Positions 56,496 through 64,000 of a stretch of DNA of 64,000 nucleotides are shown here, piece by piece. The notes under the pieces were generated by a model. That model was not told where the DNA came from, did no database searches, and saw only the letters and a program-made list of their open reading frames with translations. Position numbers and translations under genes: made by a program. Location: NCBI GenBank assembly GCA_964489135.1, contig CAZAXK010000002.1:25692-89691 (forward strand), given 5' to 3'. Each line of letters opens with the position of its first letter. Within the stretch, counting starts at the first letter, position 1. The DNA is from an uncultured Candidatus Saccharibacteria bacterium. GTDB taxonomy: Bacteria; Patescibacteriota; Minisyncoccia; Phycocordibacterales; WO2-35-19.

Positions 56496-57924
56496 GCAAA
56501 TATTCTTTGTTGGCTTCGGGGTAGATTGCCTCGACTCCGACGTAGTCGCGCACGCGCTGAGCGAGAAAGAGCGACGCCTTGGGCTCACCCATGCAAACAA
56601 AAACTTTCTTGAGCTTGGGGTTCTCTTGCTGTTCTTTTCCCCTCGCCTTCGCAACCTGCCTCGCCGGCAAGGCGGGGGAAGGGTCTAGGGGTGAGGTCGA
56701 AATTTTTTCGACAAACTCCACCAAATGCTCCGAATCCTTATGTGCGCTGTAGCCCTGCACACTCTCGATCTCCGCGCGTACTTTTATTCTTTGTCCCTTG
56801 ATCTCTACTTCCTTGTCGCCATCGAGTAACCTCCTACCCAAGGTCCCGACCGGCTGATAGCCGGCTAAGATGATCATGTTTTTAGGATCGCCAAGCGCAC
56901 TCGCCTCATGGTCGAGCACCCTCCCCCCTTCCGACATTCCACTTCCGGCCATAACTATTTTGGGTCCCGATATCCTGTCTATCCCGACGCTCTCTTGGTG
57001 AGAATGGGTAATCTTGAGTTTGGGAAAATCGAAAATATTGTCGCCAGATTTTATTTCATCCTGAATCGCCTGATTAAAGAGATGAGTCGAATTCTTATAA
57101 ATCTCGGTAACCTTGCTAGCGAGCGGAGAATCGAGGAAGACCGGCACACTTTCTATCTCTCCGTCTTCCACCATATTGTTTAGTTCATAAAGAAGCACCT
57201 GCGTCCTTTCGACCGCAAAAGCGGGAATAACGACTTCGCCACCCCTCTTTATAGTCTTGTTGATCAAATCTTTGAGCTTGTTCCTCCGCTCTATTTTGCT
57301 TTCGTGATTGCGGTCGCCATAGACACTTTCCATAACCATATAATCAACCCCGCTCACCTCTTCTGTGTCTCGGAGCAAGGGCGAGGGCGAATTGCCCAAG
57401 TCTCCGGTGAAGAGTATTTTTTTACCCTCCACTTCTACCTCGATCATGCTCGAGCCCAAAATATGCCCTGCGTCGCGGAAGGTCACTTTGGTACCCTCGA
57501 GTTCAAAGCTCTCGCCATATTGGTGTACTTGCCACATATTGAGAGCTTTATCGATATGCGCTTCTTCATAAAGAATCCTCGAGACCCCCGATTTCTCCTC
57601 CTTACCAATCATTATTTTATACGCATCGCGTAGTAGCGGTTCGGCGAGCCGCCTTGTTTCTGGGGTCGAATATATCTTGCCCGCGAAGCCATCTTTGACG
57701 AGTTTGGGGATACGCCCAATATGATCCATATGCGCGTGAGTGACAAGAAGAGCATCTACACCGCTCGGATCATAAGCGAAATTTTCGGCGTTTTTTACAT
57801 CGGCATCCTTCTTGCCCTGCAAGAGCCCACAATCCACCAAAATCTTTGGACCCCAATCAAGCAAGAAGTTTGCGCCAGTAGTCGCCCCCACCCCTCCATA
57901 AAAAGTTAAACTAATTTTTTGCAT
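56488..57924 (-). CDS. beta-CASP family MBL-fold ribonuclease (CPSF/RNase J-like), carrying an in-frame repeat-element insertion
   Basis: 478 aa. HAHMDH metallo-beta-lactamase motif. The C-terminal region contains the translated repeat STSPLDPSPALPARQVAKARGKEQQ. Confidence 0.8.
   Translation of the reverse strand: MQKISLTFYGGVGATTGANFLLDWGPKILVDCGLLQGKKDADVKNAENFAYDPSGVDALLVTHAHMDHIGRIPKLVKDGFAGKIYSTPETRRLAEPLLRDAYKIMIGKEEKSGVSRILYEEAHIDKALNMWQVHQYGESFELEGTKVTFRDAGHILGSSMIEVEVEGKKILFTGDLGNSPSPLLRDTEEVSGVDYMVMESVYGDRNHESKIERRNKLKDLINKTIKRGGEVVIPAFAVERTQVLLYELNNMVEDGEIESVPVFLDSPLASKVTEIYKNSTHLFNQAIQDEIKSGDNIFDFPKLKITHSHQESVGIDRISGPKIVMAGSGMSEGGRVLDHEASALGDPKNMIILAGYQPVGTLGRRLLDGDKEVEIKGQRIKVRAEIESVQGYSAHKDSEHLVEFVEKISTSPLDPSPALPARQVAKARGKEQQENPKLKKVFVCMGEPKASLFLAQRVRDYVGVEAIYPEANKEYLLT
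56639..56699 (-). repeat. GC-rich ~61-nt structured repeat, copy B (inside the beta-CASP RNase CDS, in frame)
   Basis: cccctcgccttcgcaacctgcctcgccggcaaggcgggggaagggtctaggggtgaggtcg. Inverted relative to copy A. Confidence 0.8.
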
Positions 57925-57925
57925 C

Positions 57926-58339
57926 TTATTTTATTTCTCCGCTAGAAATTTCTCTCGCATAACCAAAGAGGCAGATCGCTAAAGCCCCGAGTGTGTCCAT
58001 AATTAGGTCGAGTGTGGTATCGAATAGGTATTGGTTTTTCTGTAGCTTAGCTTCGCCTAGCACCAATTCGTATATCTCCCAAGAAAAGCCCACCAGAGCA
58101 ACCCCCAAAAGCGCAATCAGAATAAAATGCCGAAAGTGGCGCTTCTCCGGGGCGAAAAATCCCGAAAAGAAGTAGATCCAAAGAAAGAAACTCCCTACCA
58201 GAGCCCCGCCCAAAAAGTGCATCATCGAATCAAACCAGTTGTATTTCCAATACAGGTCAGACTGGAGCGCCCAGAGATTGAGAGACCCAACAATGGCGGA
58301 CAAAAAAAAGAATTCCTTAAAAAGCTTTTGGCGTAACAT
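57926..58339 (-). CDS. hypothetical polytopic membrane protein
   Basis: 137 aa. 4 predicted TM. Confidence 0.45.
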   Translation of the reverse strand: MLRQKLFKEFFFLSAIVGSLNLWALQSDLYWKYNWFDSMMHFLGGALVGSFFLWIYFFSGFFAPEKRHFRHFILIALLGVALVGFSWEIYELVLGEAKLQKNQYLFDTTLDLIMDTLGALAICLFGYAREISSGEIK

Positions 58340-58391
58340 AATTGATATATTATCATCCGAAGGGTCTTAAATCTACCGGTCAGAAGCAAGC

Positions 58392-58416
58392 AAAAACCGC
58401 CAAAAGGCGGTTTTTG
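58392..58416. terminator. orphan bidirectional terminator hairpin in a divergent intergenic region
   Basis: aaaaACCGCC-aaaa-GGCGGTttttt. Confidence 0.4.
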
Positions 58417-58662
58417 CTTCGGACTACCCAGAGTAATTCCCTAATTGTTTAGATTAAGGTGGGTGACCGCAAAAGGATTCGTCAGAATGATTTCAGTTAT
58501 GAAAGCTCTCATCGGAAACCTAAAATATGAGTCTCCCAAAATATGTTCAATCTAGAAAATACCCGAGTAATCCTGCCCCTATTATATCACCCCGTTGTGA
58601 ATTTTGGCATCGGCTTCGCCCTGCACAAAGTGCTATGCCCAAATCTAGTACGGAGCAACACG

Positions 58663-58691
58663 TTGACATGATTAGTCATTCATGCTATAAT
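58663..58691 (+). promoter_or_regulatory. perfect-consensus sigma-70 promoter (TTGACA-N17-TATAAT), 8 nt before the ATG of the GC-rich gene
   Basis: -35 at 58663-58668, -10 at 58686-58691, ATG at 58700. Confidence 0.5.
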
Positions 58692-58699
58692 ATATACAG

Positions 58700-59209
58700 A
58701 TGGACCTAACAACTCACCACTCGTATGCAAAGGCGCGCCGCGCCGCCATTGGGGAGAAAGTCCTTTTCGGACTGGCTCTCACAATTGCGGAAGGTTTTTG
58801 TGTCATCTGGGCGAAGCTGCCCACCAAGGGGCTTGCCACAGACGCATTCGTGCCAATATTTTTCGTTGTCATCGTTCCCGCGCTCCTTTTTCTCGGGGCG
58901 AATGGGGTCTGGAAGCTGTGGGCCTTGGACCCGCGACAGCCCGCGTTCGACAACATCCGTCGCGATTTCCAGGAGGCGGAAAACCTCCTCGCCCAGAGAG
59001 AGGAAACTCCAGAGGCATACCTTTGCCGGACAGCCAACGAGATATTTTCCATCGAAAGGGAGGTGGAAAAAATTTCGGGGACCCATCGAGGAGAGATTCT
59101 CCTCATGGTCCACAACAACAGAAAGATCCCATGGTTTAACGAGAGGGATCTACTGATCCGGTGCGGGCTAATCGAGGCCGCCTCCAAGGTGGCCAGGATC
59201 CTTGGATAA
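58700..59209 (+). CDS. hypothetical membrane-anchored protein, compositionally atypical (GC-rich)
   Basis: 169 aa. 2 TM then a soluble domain. The region has many overlapping ORFs in all frames, indicating elevated GC. Confidence 0.5.
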   Translation: MDLTTHHSYAKARRAAIGEKVLFGLALTIAEGFCVIWAKLPTKGLATDAFVPIFFVVIVPALLFLGANGVWKLWALDPRQPAFDNIRRDFQEAENLLAQREETPEAYLCRTANEIFSIEREVEKISGTHRGEILLMVHNNRKIPWFNERDLLIRCGLIEAASKVARILG

Positions 59210-59214
59210 AACTT

Positions 59215-59247
59215 AAAGCCCCCGAGCGCGTAGCGCGAGGGGGCTTT
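59215..59247. terminator. bidirectional terminator hairpin between the GC-rich gene and ndk
   Basis: AAAGCCCCC (59215-59223) / GGGGGCTTT (59239-59247), 15-nt loop gagcgcgtagcgcga. Confidence 0.5.
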
Positions 59248-59291
59248 GCATTTTCCACAAATCGACAGGAAGGTTAACCGAAAGAAAAAAA

Positions 59292-59876
59292 TTACTCATC
59301 GACGCCGAAGCGTTTGTAGTCGAAGGGCTTGAAGCTTTCGCCAAACCAGTGCTGTATTTCGTGTTCGGCTTCGGCGGGAGTTTCCGAGCAGTGCATGATG
59401 TTCATAACCGCGCGCTTTTCTTTGTTGGCTATTGCTGGCGAATCGATCGAGAAGTCGCCTCGGATAGTGCCCATATCGGCAAGGTACGGCAAGGTAGGGC
59501 CTGCAATCTTGCGGACGACATCAACTGCATGGGTGCCTTGTACCACCATCTTGACTAGAGGCGCCGAGATCATATAGCTAATGAGCCACTTACGAATTTC
59601 TGGGCCTATCTCCGCTGGATCTTCGGTGCCAAAGTCAGCCACCGCGTCGAAACCATATTTCTGGTAAGTCGACATGGTTTTCTCCCCCAGTCGAGTGATC
59701 CATTCCTTATTTTTCGGATAATGATTGTCGATAAGGTCGTGAGTAGGGGTAAACATCTCGAGCGCAACGATCTTGAGATCACGCTGTTCGAAGCGCTTGA
59801 TAACTTCGCCTATAAGCCCCTTCCTCACCCCATCCGGCTTGAGCATTACATAAGTCCTCTCTTCTTTTGGATTCAT
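59292..59876 (-). CDS. ndk: nucleoside diphosphate kinase with a ~45-aa internal insertion
   Basis: 194 aa. ERTYVMLKPDGV, NIMHCSE catalytic His region. Extra segment PKNKEWITRLGEKTMSTYQKYGFDAVADFGTEDPAEIGPEIRKWL. Confidence 0.7.
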   Translation of the reverse strand: MNPKEERTYVMLKPDGVRKGLIGEVIKRFEQRDLKIVALEMFTPTHDLIDNHYPKNKEWITRLGEKTMSTYQKYGFDAVADFGTEDPAEIGPEIRKWLISYMISAPLVKMVVQGTHAVDVVRKIAGPTLPYLADMGTIRGDFSIDSPAIANKEKRAVMNIMHCSETPAEAEHEIQHWFGESFKPFDYKRFGVDE

Positions 59877-59903
59877 CTTTAAAAAAATAAACGATTAATA
59901 ATT

Positions 59904-60668
59904 TTATTGGGTCAAGACAACGATACCTTCGGCAGTGACCGCCACGGTATGCTCGAAATGTGCCGAGAGCGATTTGTCGCGGGTCACAAAGGTGTAGCCG
60001 TCGGAAAGGCGTTTTATATGGCGACTGCCCAAGGTAAACATCGGTTCGATCGCAATGACCATCCCCACCCTGAGCTCTGGACCTTCGCCTCTTTCGGCCC
60101 TATTCGGCACAAAGGGCTCCTCATGTACGCTGTAGCCAACTCCGTGGCCCGACAGGCCCTCGACAATCCCAAGATTGTATTTGACCGCAACCTCCATGAT
60201 CGCTGCCCCGATGTCGCCCACATGTCCCCGCACTCGCATGGCCTTTATGCCTTTATCCAGTGCTTCCTCTGTGGCCTTCATGAGCTCGGCTGTGCGCTCT
60301 TCTATTTTTCCTACCGACACAGTGATCGCCGCGTCAGTAATGAGCCCTTTATAGGTGAGACCGAGGTCAAGGGTTACGATATCGCCCTCAAAAATCATTT
60401 TGTCGTCTGGAATGCCGTGCACAATTTCCTCGTTGATCGAAACACAAAGCGAAGCTGGGTACGGCTTCTTCGCGTCGGCCGGCTGATAACCCAAAAAGGA
60501 GGCACTTCCCCCCGCTTCATCGATAAGCTTTTCGGCATAGTCGTTGAGCTCTCTTGTCTTGACTCCCGCCTTCACCTTCTTTGCGACTTCATGCAAAATC
60601 CGAGCGTGGATCTTACCACCCTCCTTCATAATTTCTATTTCTTCGGCTGTTTTGTATCTAATTCCCAT
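59904..60668 (-). CDS. map: type I methionine aminopeptidase
   Basis: 254 aa. Confidence 0.85.
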   Translation of the reverse strand: MGIRYKTAEEIEIMKEGGKIHARILHEVAKKVKAGVKTRELNDYAEKLIDEAGGSASFLGYQPADAKKPYPASLCVSINEEIVHGIPDDKMIFEGDIVTLDLGLTYKGLITDAAITVSVGKIEERTAELMKATEEALDKGIKAMRVRGHVGDIGAAIMEVAVKYNLGIVEGLSGHGVGYSVHEEPFVPNRAERGEGPELRVGMVIAIEPMFTLGSRHIKRLSDGYTFVTRDKSLSAHFEHTVAVTAEGIVVLTQ

Positions 60669-60671
60669 AAG

Positions 60672-61265
60672 TTAGTTGAGACCGGTTTTGGCCAAAATTT
60701 CTTGGTGGACCTGCTCGATCTCCTGCTCACCATTGATCGAGACAAATTGGTAGTAAGGATTATCTTTGAAATATTCAAGTACGGGCACCACGTTTTCGTC
60801 GTACCAATTAAGTCGAGCTTCGATATCGATCTTGTTGTCATCGCTTCGACCTCGATTGCGCAATCTGTCCCCCGCCCACTCTCTCGAAACATCGATCGAG
60901 ATGACGAAGGGCTTCTCTCTTTTGTAGAACTTCATGGCCGAGTCAAGTATGAGCGCCTCGTGCGGCCGCCTCGAGAGTCCGTCGAGTACCATGTGCTCAT
61001 TGCCGTCCATATGCCTTACTAGATATTCCGACCAAATCCATATTGGCAAAAACTCCGGCAAGAGCCCGCCCTGTTCCATCACCCCCTTCACCAGTTTTGA
61101 AGTATAGGACGCCTCGGTCGAAAACTCTCTAAACTTTTGACCAGTTTCTAGATAGAGAACTCGTTTTTGAGAATCGAGTTTCTGCAGAGCTTCGATCAGG
61201 AACTTGGCTTGGGTGCCTTTGCCACAGCCCGAGCGTCCAAAAAATATAAAAGTTTTAGGATTCAT
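60672..61265 (-). CDS. adk: adenylate kinase
   Basis: 197 aa. P-loop GRSGCGKGTQA. secY-adk-map order. Confidence 0.75.
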   Translation of the reverse strand: MNPKTFIFFGRSGCGKGTQAKFLIEALQKLDSQKRVLYLETGQKFREFSTEASYTSKLVKGVMEQGGLLPEFLPIWIWSEYLVRHMDGNEHMVLDGLSRRPHEALILDSAMKFYKREKPFVISIDVSREWAGDRLRNRGRSDDNKIDIEARLNWYDENVVPVLEYFKDNPYYQFVSINGEQEIEQVHQEILAKTGLN

Positions 61266-61366
61266 TTAGATAGTATTATGCGATAAGTATTATGTATACA
61301 GGATAAGGCAAAACCTGCGCTTTTACCACACCCCATAAAGGCAACCAGGTAATACTGGGTAAACTT

Positions 61367-62635
61367 TTAGTATTCCTGAGCGGAAACTTGAGCATCAACC
61401 TTCTTGATAAGGTCGATCACGACGGAGACGACGATGAGAAGGCCTGTACCACCGATAGCGACTGCGCTAATACCAGTGATGAGGCGCAATACCAAAGGCA
61501 ACACGGCGATAAGTCCGAGGAAGAGCGCACCGACGGCCGTCAGGCGGAACAAAGTTTTCGCGATATGAGCCGAAGTCGAAACTCCCGGTCTAACCCCCGG
61601 TATAAAGGCGCCACTCCTCTGCAAATTTTTCGATATTGAATCCGGATCAAAGGTGATAGCAGTGTAGAAGTAGGTAAAGACAAAAACGAGCAAGAAGTAC
61701 AAAATGGCGTAGAGCACTTGGTTGGTCAAAACGCTGAGCACGAATGCTGAAATTTTCTGAACAATTTCATTATTTACCTTAGAAAGAAATTGCACGATCA
61801 TCTGCGGGAAAAGCAGGATCGACATCGCAAAGATGATCGGTATAACTCCGGCCTGATTGACCCGAAGCGGCAAATAAGTCGAAGTCCCGCCATAAACCTT
61901 GTTGCCCCTCACTTGCTTCGCGTAAGTTACCGGTATCGGTCTTTCCGCTTCAGTGATTATAACCACGCCCCAAATAACTAGAGCACCAACGACTAGGAAT
62001 CCGATATAAGAAGGTAGAAGCGAAGGATCAAAGGTGAGCCACAGACGGCTCAAAGCTGCGGGCAACGCCGCAATAATGCCGGCAAAAATGATTATGGAAA
62101 CACCGTTGCCCACCCCAAACTCGCTCACAAGCTCGCCGAGCCACATGAGTAGGAGAGATCCGGCGGTAATAACGATGAGGTTGGTCGCAAGCGCAAATGG
62201 AGAAAGGTGAGGCAATACTCCCTGATTCTGCAGGAGGGCCATAAAGCCGAATCCCTGAATAAGGGCGAGCGGTACTGTAAGGAGCCGAGAATATTGGCTG
62301 AATTTTCTTCTGCCCGCCTCCCCTTCCTCCTGATACATCTCCTTCAACTTTGGGAACATGATGGTCAAAAGTTGCATGATGATCGAAGCGGTGATGTATG
62401 GACCGACGCCAAGCATTATTATCGAAAGATTAGAAAGTCCACCACCCGAAAAGATATTCAAAAGACCCAAAAAGTCGTTGCTCGAGAAGAACTGCTCCAA
62501 GCGCAAGATATCAATACCAGGGATTGGGATAACGGCGAGTCCGCGGAAAATAGCGAGCACTGCCAAAGTAAAGACAATCCTGTTTCTCAGGGCTTTGTCT
62601 CCAAAAACAAGCTTTAATTTGTGAGTCAGATTCAT
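61367..62635 (-). CDS. secY: preprotein translocase subunit SecY
   Basis: 422 aa polytopic membrane protein. Confidence 0.9.
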   Translation of the reverse strand: MNLTHKLKLVFGDKALRNRIVFTLAVLAIFRGLAVIPIPGIDILRLEQFFSSNDFLGLLNIFSGGGLSNLSIIMLGVGPYITASIIMQLLTIMFPKLKEMYQEEGEAGRRKFSQYSRLLTVPLALIQGFGFMALLQNQGVLPHLSPFALATNLIVITAGSLLLMWLGELVSEFGVGNGVSIIIFAGIIAALPAALSRLWLTFDPSLLPSYIGFLVVGALVIWGVVIITEAERPIPVTYAKQVRGNKVYGGTSTYLPLRVNQAGVIPIIFAMSILLFPQMIVQFLSKVNNEIVQKISAFVLSVLTNQVLYAILYFLLVFVFTYFYTAITFDPDSISKNLQRSGAFIPGVRPGVSTSAHIAKTLFRLTAVGALFLGLIAVLPLVLRLITGISAVAIGGTGLLIVVSVVIDLIKKVDAQVSAQEY

Positions 62636-62667
62636 TTCTTGTTTTTACTTACGAATATTGTCTCGAA

Positions 62668-63108
62668 CTAAACTATTTTTCCGCCGGCGAGCTCTACCGC
62701 TTCTTTGGCACTCTTGGAAACCGCGAGCTTTTCTAGAGTGAGTGCTTTGGTAAGAGGCCCGACACCCAAGATCTTCGGCTTCATTATTTTACCATTCAGC
62801 TTGCGCAAAAGCCCTTTCTCCAACAAAGAAGACATATTGACCACTTCTCCCTTATTGAATACTGCTTCCAAGCTAGCGATGTTTATAGCTACCGACTTCT
62901 CTTGAATTGATTTGAGGAAATTCTTGCCGCGACCACGGAGCTTAGGCAACTTCTTGATAAAGTCGCGCATTTCTGGGCGCTTCTTGCGACCGGAGCGAGC
63001 GTTCTGACCCTTGGTCCCGCGGCCGGAGGTCTTGCCTCGGCTACCGCCACGACCAACTTGCTTGGCCTTTCTGTTTGATTTATTTCTTTTTAGATTATGG
63101 AACTGCAT
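62668..63108 (-). CDS. rplO: 50S ribosomal protein L15
   Basis: 146 aa. GRGGSRGKTSGRGTKGQ. Confidence 0.9.
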   Translation of the reverse strand: MQFHNLKRNKSNRKAKQVGRGGSRGKTSGRGTKGQNARSGRKKRPEMRDFIKKLPKLRGRGKNFLKSIQEKSVAINIASLEAVFNKGEVVNMSSLLEKGLLRKLNGKIMKPKILGVGPLTKALTLEKLAVSKSAKEAVELAGGKIV

Positions 63109-63124
63109 GATGGCATTTTTGCAA

Positions 63125-63748
63125 TTAAACTTGTTTCTCAGACTTTATATTTCGAAGCTTCTGCAAGGCGATAACTGTAGCCCTTGCATTGTTGAGCTTG
63201 TTCTTCGAGCGCGAAAGGAACTTGGCCGAAACTTCCTTGATACCAGCAAGCTCGAGTATGATACGAGCCGAGCTACCCGCGACTACTCCCTTGCCAGGAG
63301 CCGGTGCGATCATGATACGAGAGCTCGCGTACTTGGCCTCTACGGGGTGAGCAATGCTTGCACCTTTCATTGGGATGGTAACGATAGATTTCTTGGCCTC
63401 TCTTACCGCCTTTTCGACAGCGATCGGTGTATCACCAGCTTTGCCAAGTCCTACTCCGACGCGGCCCTTCTTGTCGCCGATTGCTACTGCGACGCTAAAG
63501 CTAAATCGTCGGCCTCCAGCCACGACACGAGTCACGCGTCTGACGCTCAAAAGCTTTTGGTCGAACTCTTGCCTTGCCCTTTCTGGTCGTCGAGATGGCT
63601 TGCGTTCATTGCGCCTTCGATCGTTCTTCTTGAAGTCGCGAGCTCCTACCACCGGCTTAACAGGTTCTTTGGTTTCGGCTGGAGCAGGCGCTTCGGCTAC
63701 AACCGGCTCAGCTACTTCGTTTATTTCTTTTTCCTCGTTATTATCCAT
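63125..63748 (-). CDS. rpsE: 30S ribosomal protein S5 (with N-terminal extension)
   Basis: 207 aa. Separated from rplO by 16 nt, so no rpmD (L30) between them. Confidence 0.9.
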   Translation of the reverse strand: MDNNEEKEINEVAEPVVAEAPAPAETKEPVKPVVGARDFKKNDRRRNERKPSRRPERARQEFDQKLLSVRRVTRVVAGGRRFSFSVAVAIGDKKGRVGVGLGKAGDTPIAVEKAVREAKKSIVTIPMKGASIAHPVEAKYASSRIMIAPAPGKGVVAGSSARIILELAGIKEVSAKFLSRSKNKLNNARATVIALQKLRNIKSEKQV

Positions 63749-63754
63749 TTGTTT

Positions 63755-64000
63755 TTAAAATTTTAATCCGGCCTTCCTTGCCCCTTCAGCAAGCGCCTGT
63801 ATCGAACCTACATAAATATAGCCACCGCGGTCGAAGACTACCTTTTCGATCTTTTTCTCCTTGGCCTGCTTAGCAAGATCAGCACCCACCTCTTCGGCGC
63901 GCTCGCGCATGGTCTTTGCCTTCATATTTTGCGAAGTCGAGGCGCACAAAGTTTTGCCCGAAATATCGTCTATGATCTGAGCCGAGATGTAGCGATTCGA
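63755..64000 (-). CDS. rplR: 50S ribosomal protein L18, C-terminal part (5' end beyond window)
   Basis: ...IEKVVFDRGGYIYVGSIQALAEGARKAGLKF. The frame stays open to the window edge. Confidence 0.8.
   Translation of the reverse strand, partial: SNRYISAQIIDDISGKTLCASTSQNMKAKTMRERAEEVGADLAKQAKEKKIEKVVFDRGGYIYVGSIQALAEGARKAGLKF

Noticed and set aside
58527-58709. 60-aa ORF upstream of the GC-rich gene
   Set aside because: It overlaps the consensus promoter and has no coding signature. It could be re-examined if RNA-seq shows a small transcript.

Overview
This 64-kb window reads like a small, AT-leaning, gene-dense, Gram-positive-type bacterial genome, most likely a Patescibacteria/CPR-like organism. 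The lineage call is an inference from four things: ribosomal protein L30 is absent between rpsE and rplO, the trigger factor lacks its PPIase domain, the ribosomal-protein operons are fragmented, and there are many short intrinsic terminators. Nearly every gene is on the minus strand.

Content from left to right:
(1) A type IV pilus/competence operon pilM-pilN-pilO-orf-pilB-cheY-pilT-pilC, with a divergent comF.
(2) One Liv-type ABC transporter (livH, livM, livG, livF) served by seven paralogous substrate-binding proteins, five of them in a tandem array. A KNTase-like nucleotidyltransferase gene sits on the opposite strand and a regulator gene sits in the middle.
(3) A long transcription unit glyA-exo-dut-argS-rpsS-rplV-rpsC-rplP-rpmC-rpsQ-rplN-rplX-rplE.
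(4) A thymidylate/folate island: thyA, two tandem HIT-family genes, a dCMP deaminase with an extra N-terminal domain, an HldE-domain-II-like cytidylyltransferase, folA, then rplK-nusG-secE, a SIMPL protein, folD, an rRNA methyltransferase, a TVP38 membrane protein, a two-component system, an FMN reductase, tRNA-His, a PduO-type adenosyltransferase and tRNA-Leu.
(5) tuf-rpsJ-rplC-rplD-rplW-rplB-rplS.
(6) A pilin, a small protein and a 936-aa coiled-coil membrane protein.
(7) nusA, ppa, tig, rsmE, clpP, rny, a beta-CASP RNase, a GC-rich islet, ndk-map-adk-secY-rplO-rpsE-rplR.

The main second-look items are these. A GC-rich ~60-nt structured repeat family has two near-identical inverted copies, one of them translated in frame inside the beta-CASP RNase gene. 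Two compositionally atypical GC-rich genes are each followed by the same family of terminator hairpin. The substrate-binding-protein array shows signs of recent duplication. The tRNA-His has a non-canonical T-loop with compensating D-loop changes. Several perfect-consensus sigma-70 promoters abut their start codons, which suggests leaderless mRNAs. The six-frame ORF track translates TTG/GTG as M, so several ORFs were trimmed to internal ATG starts.
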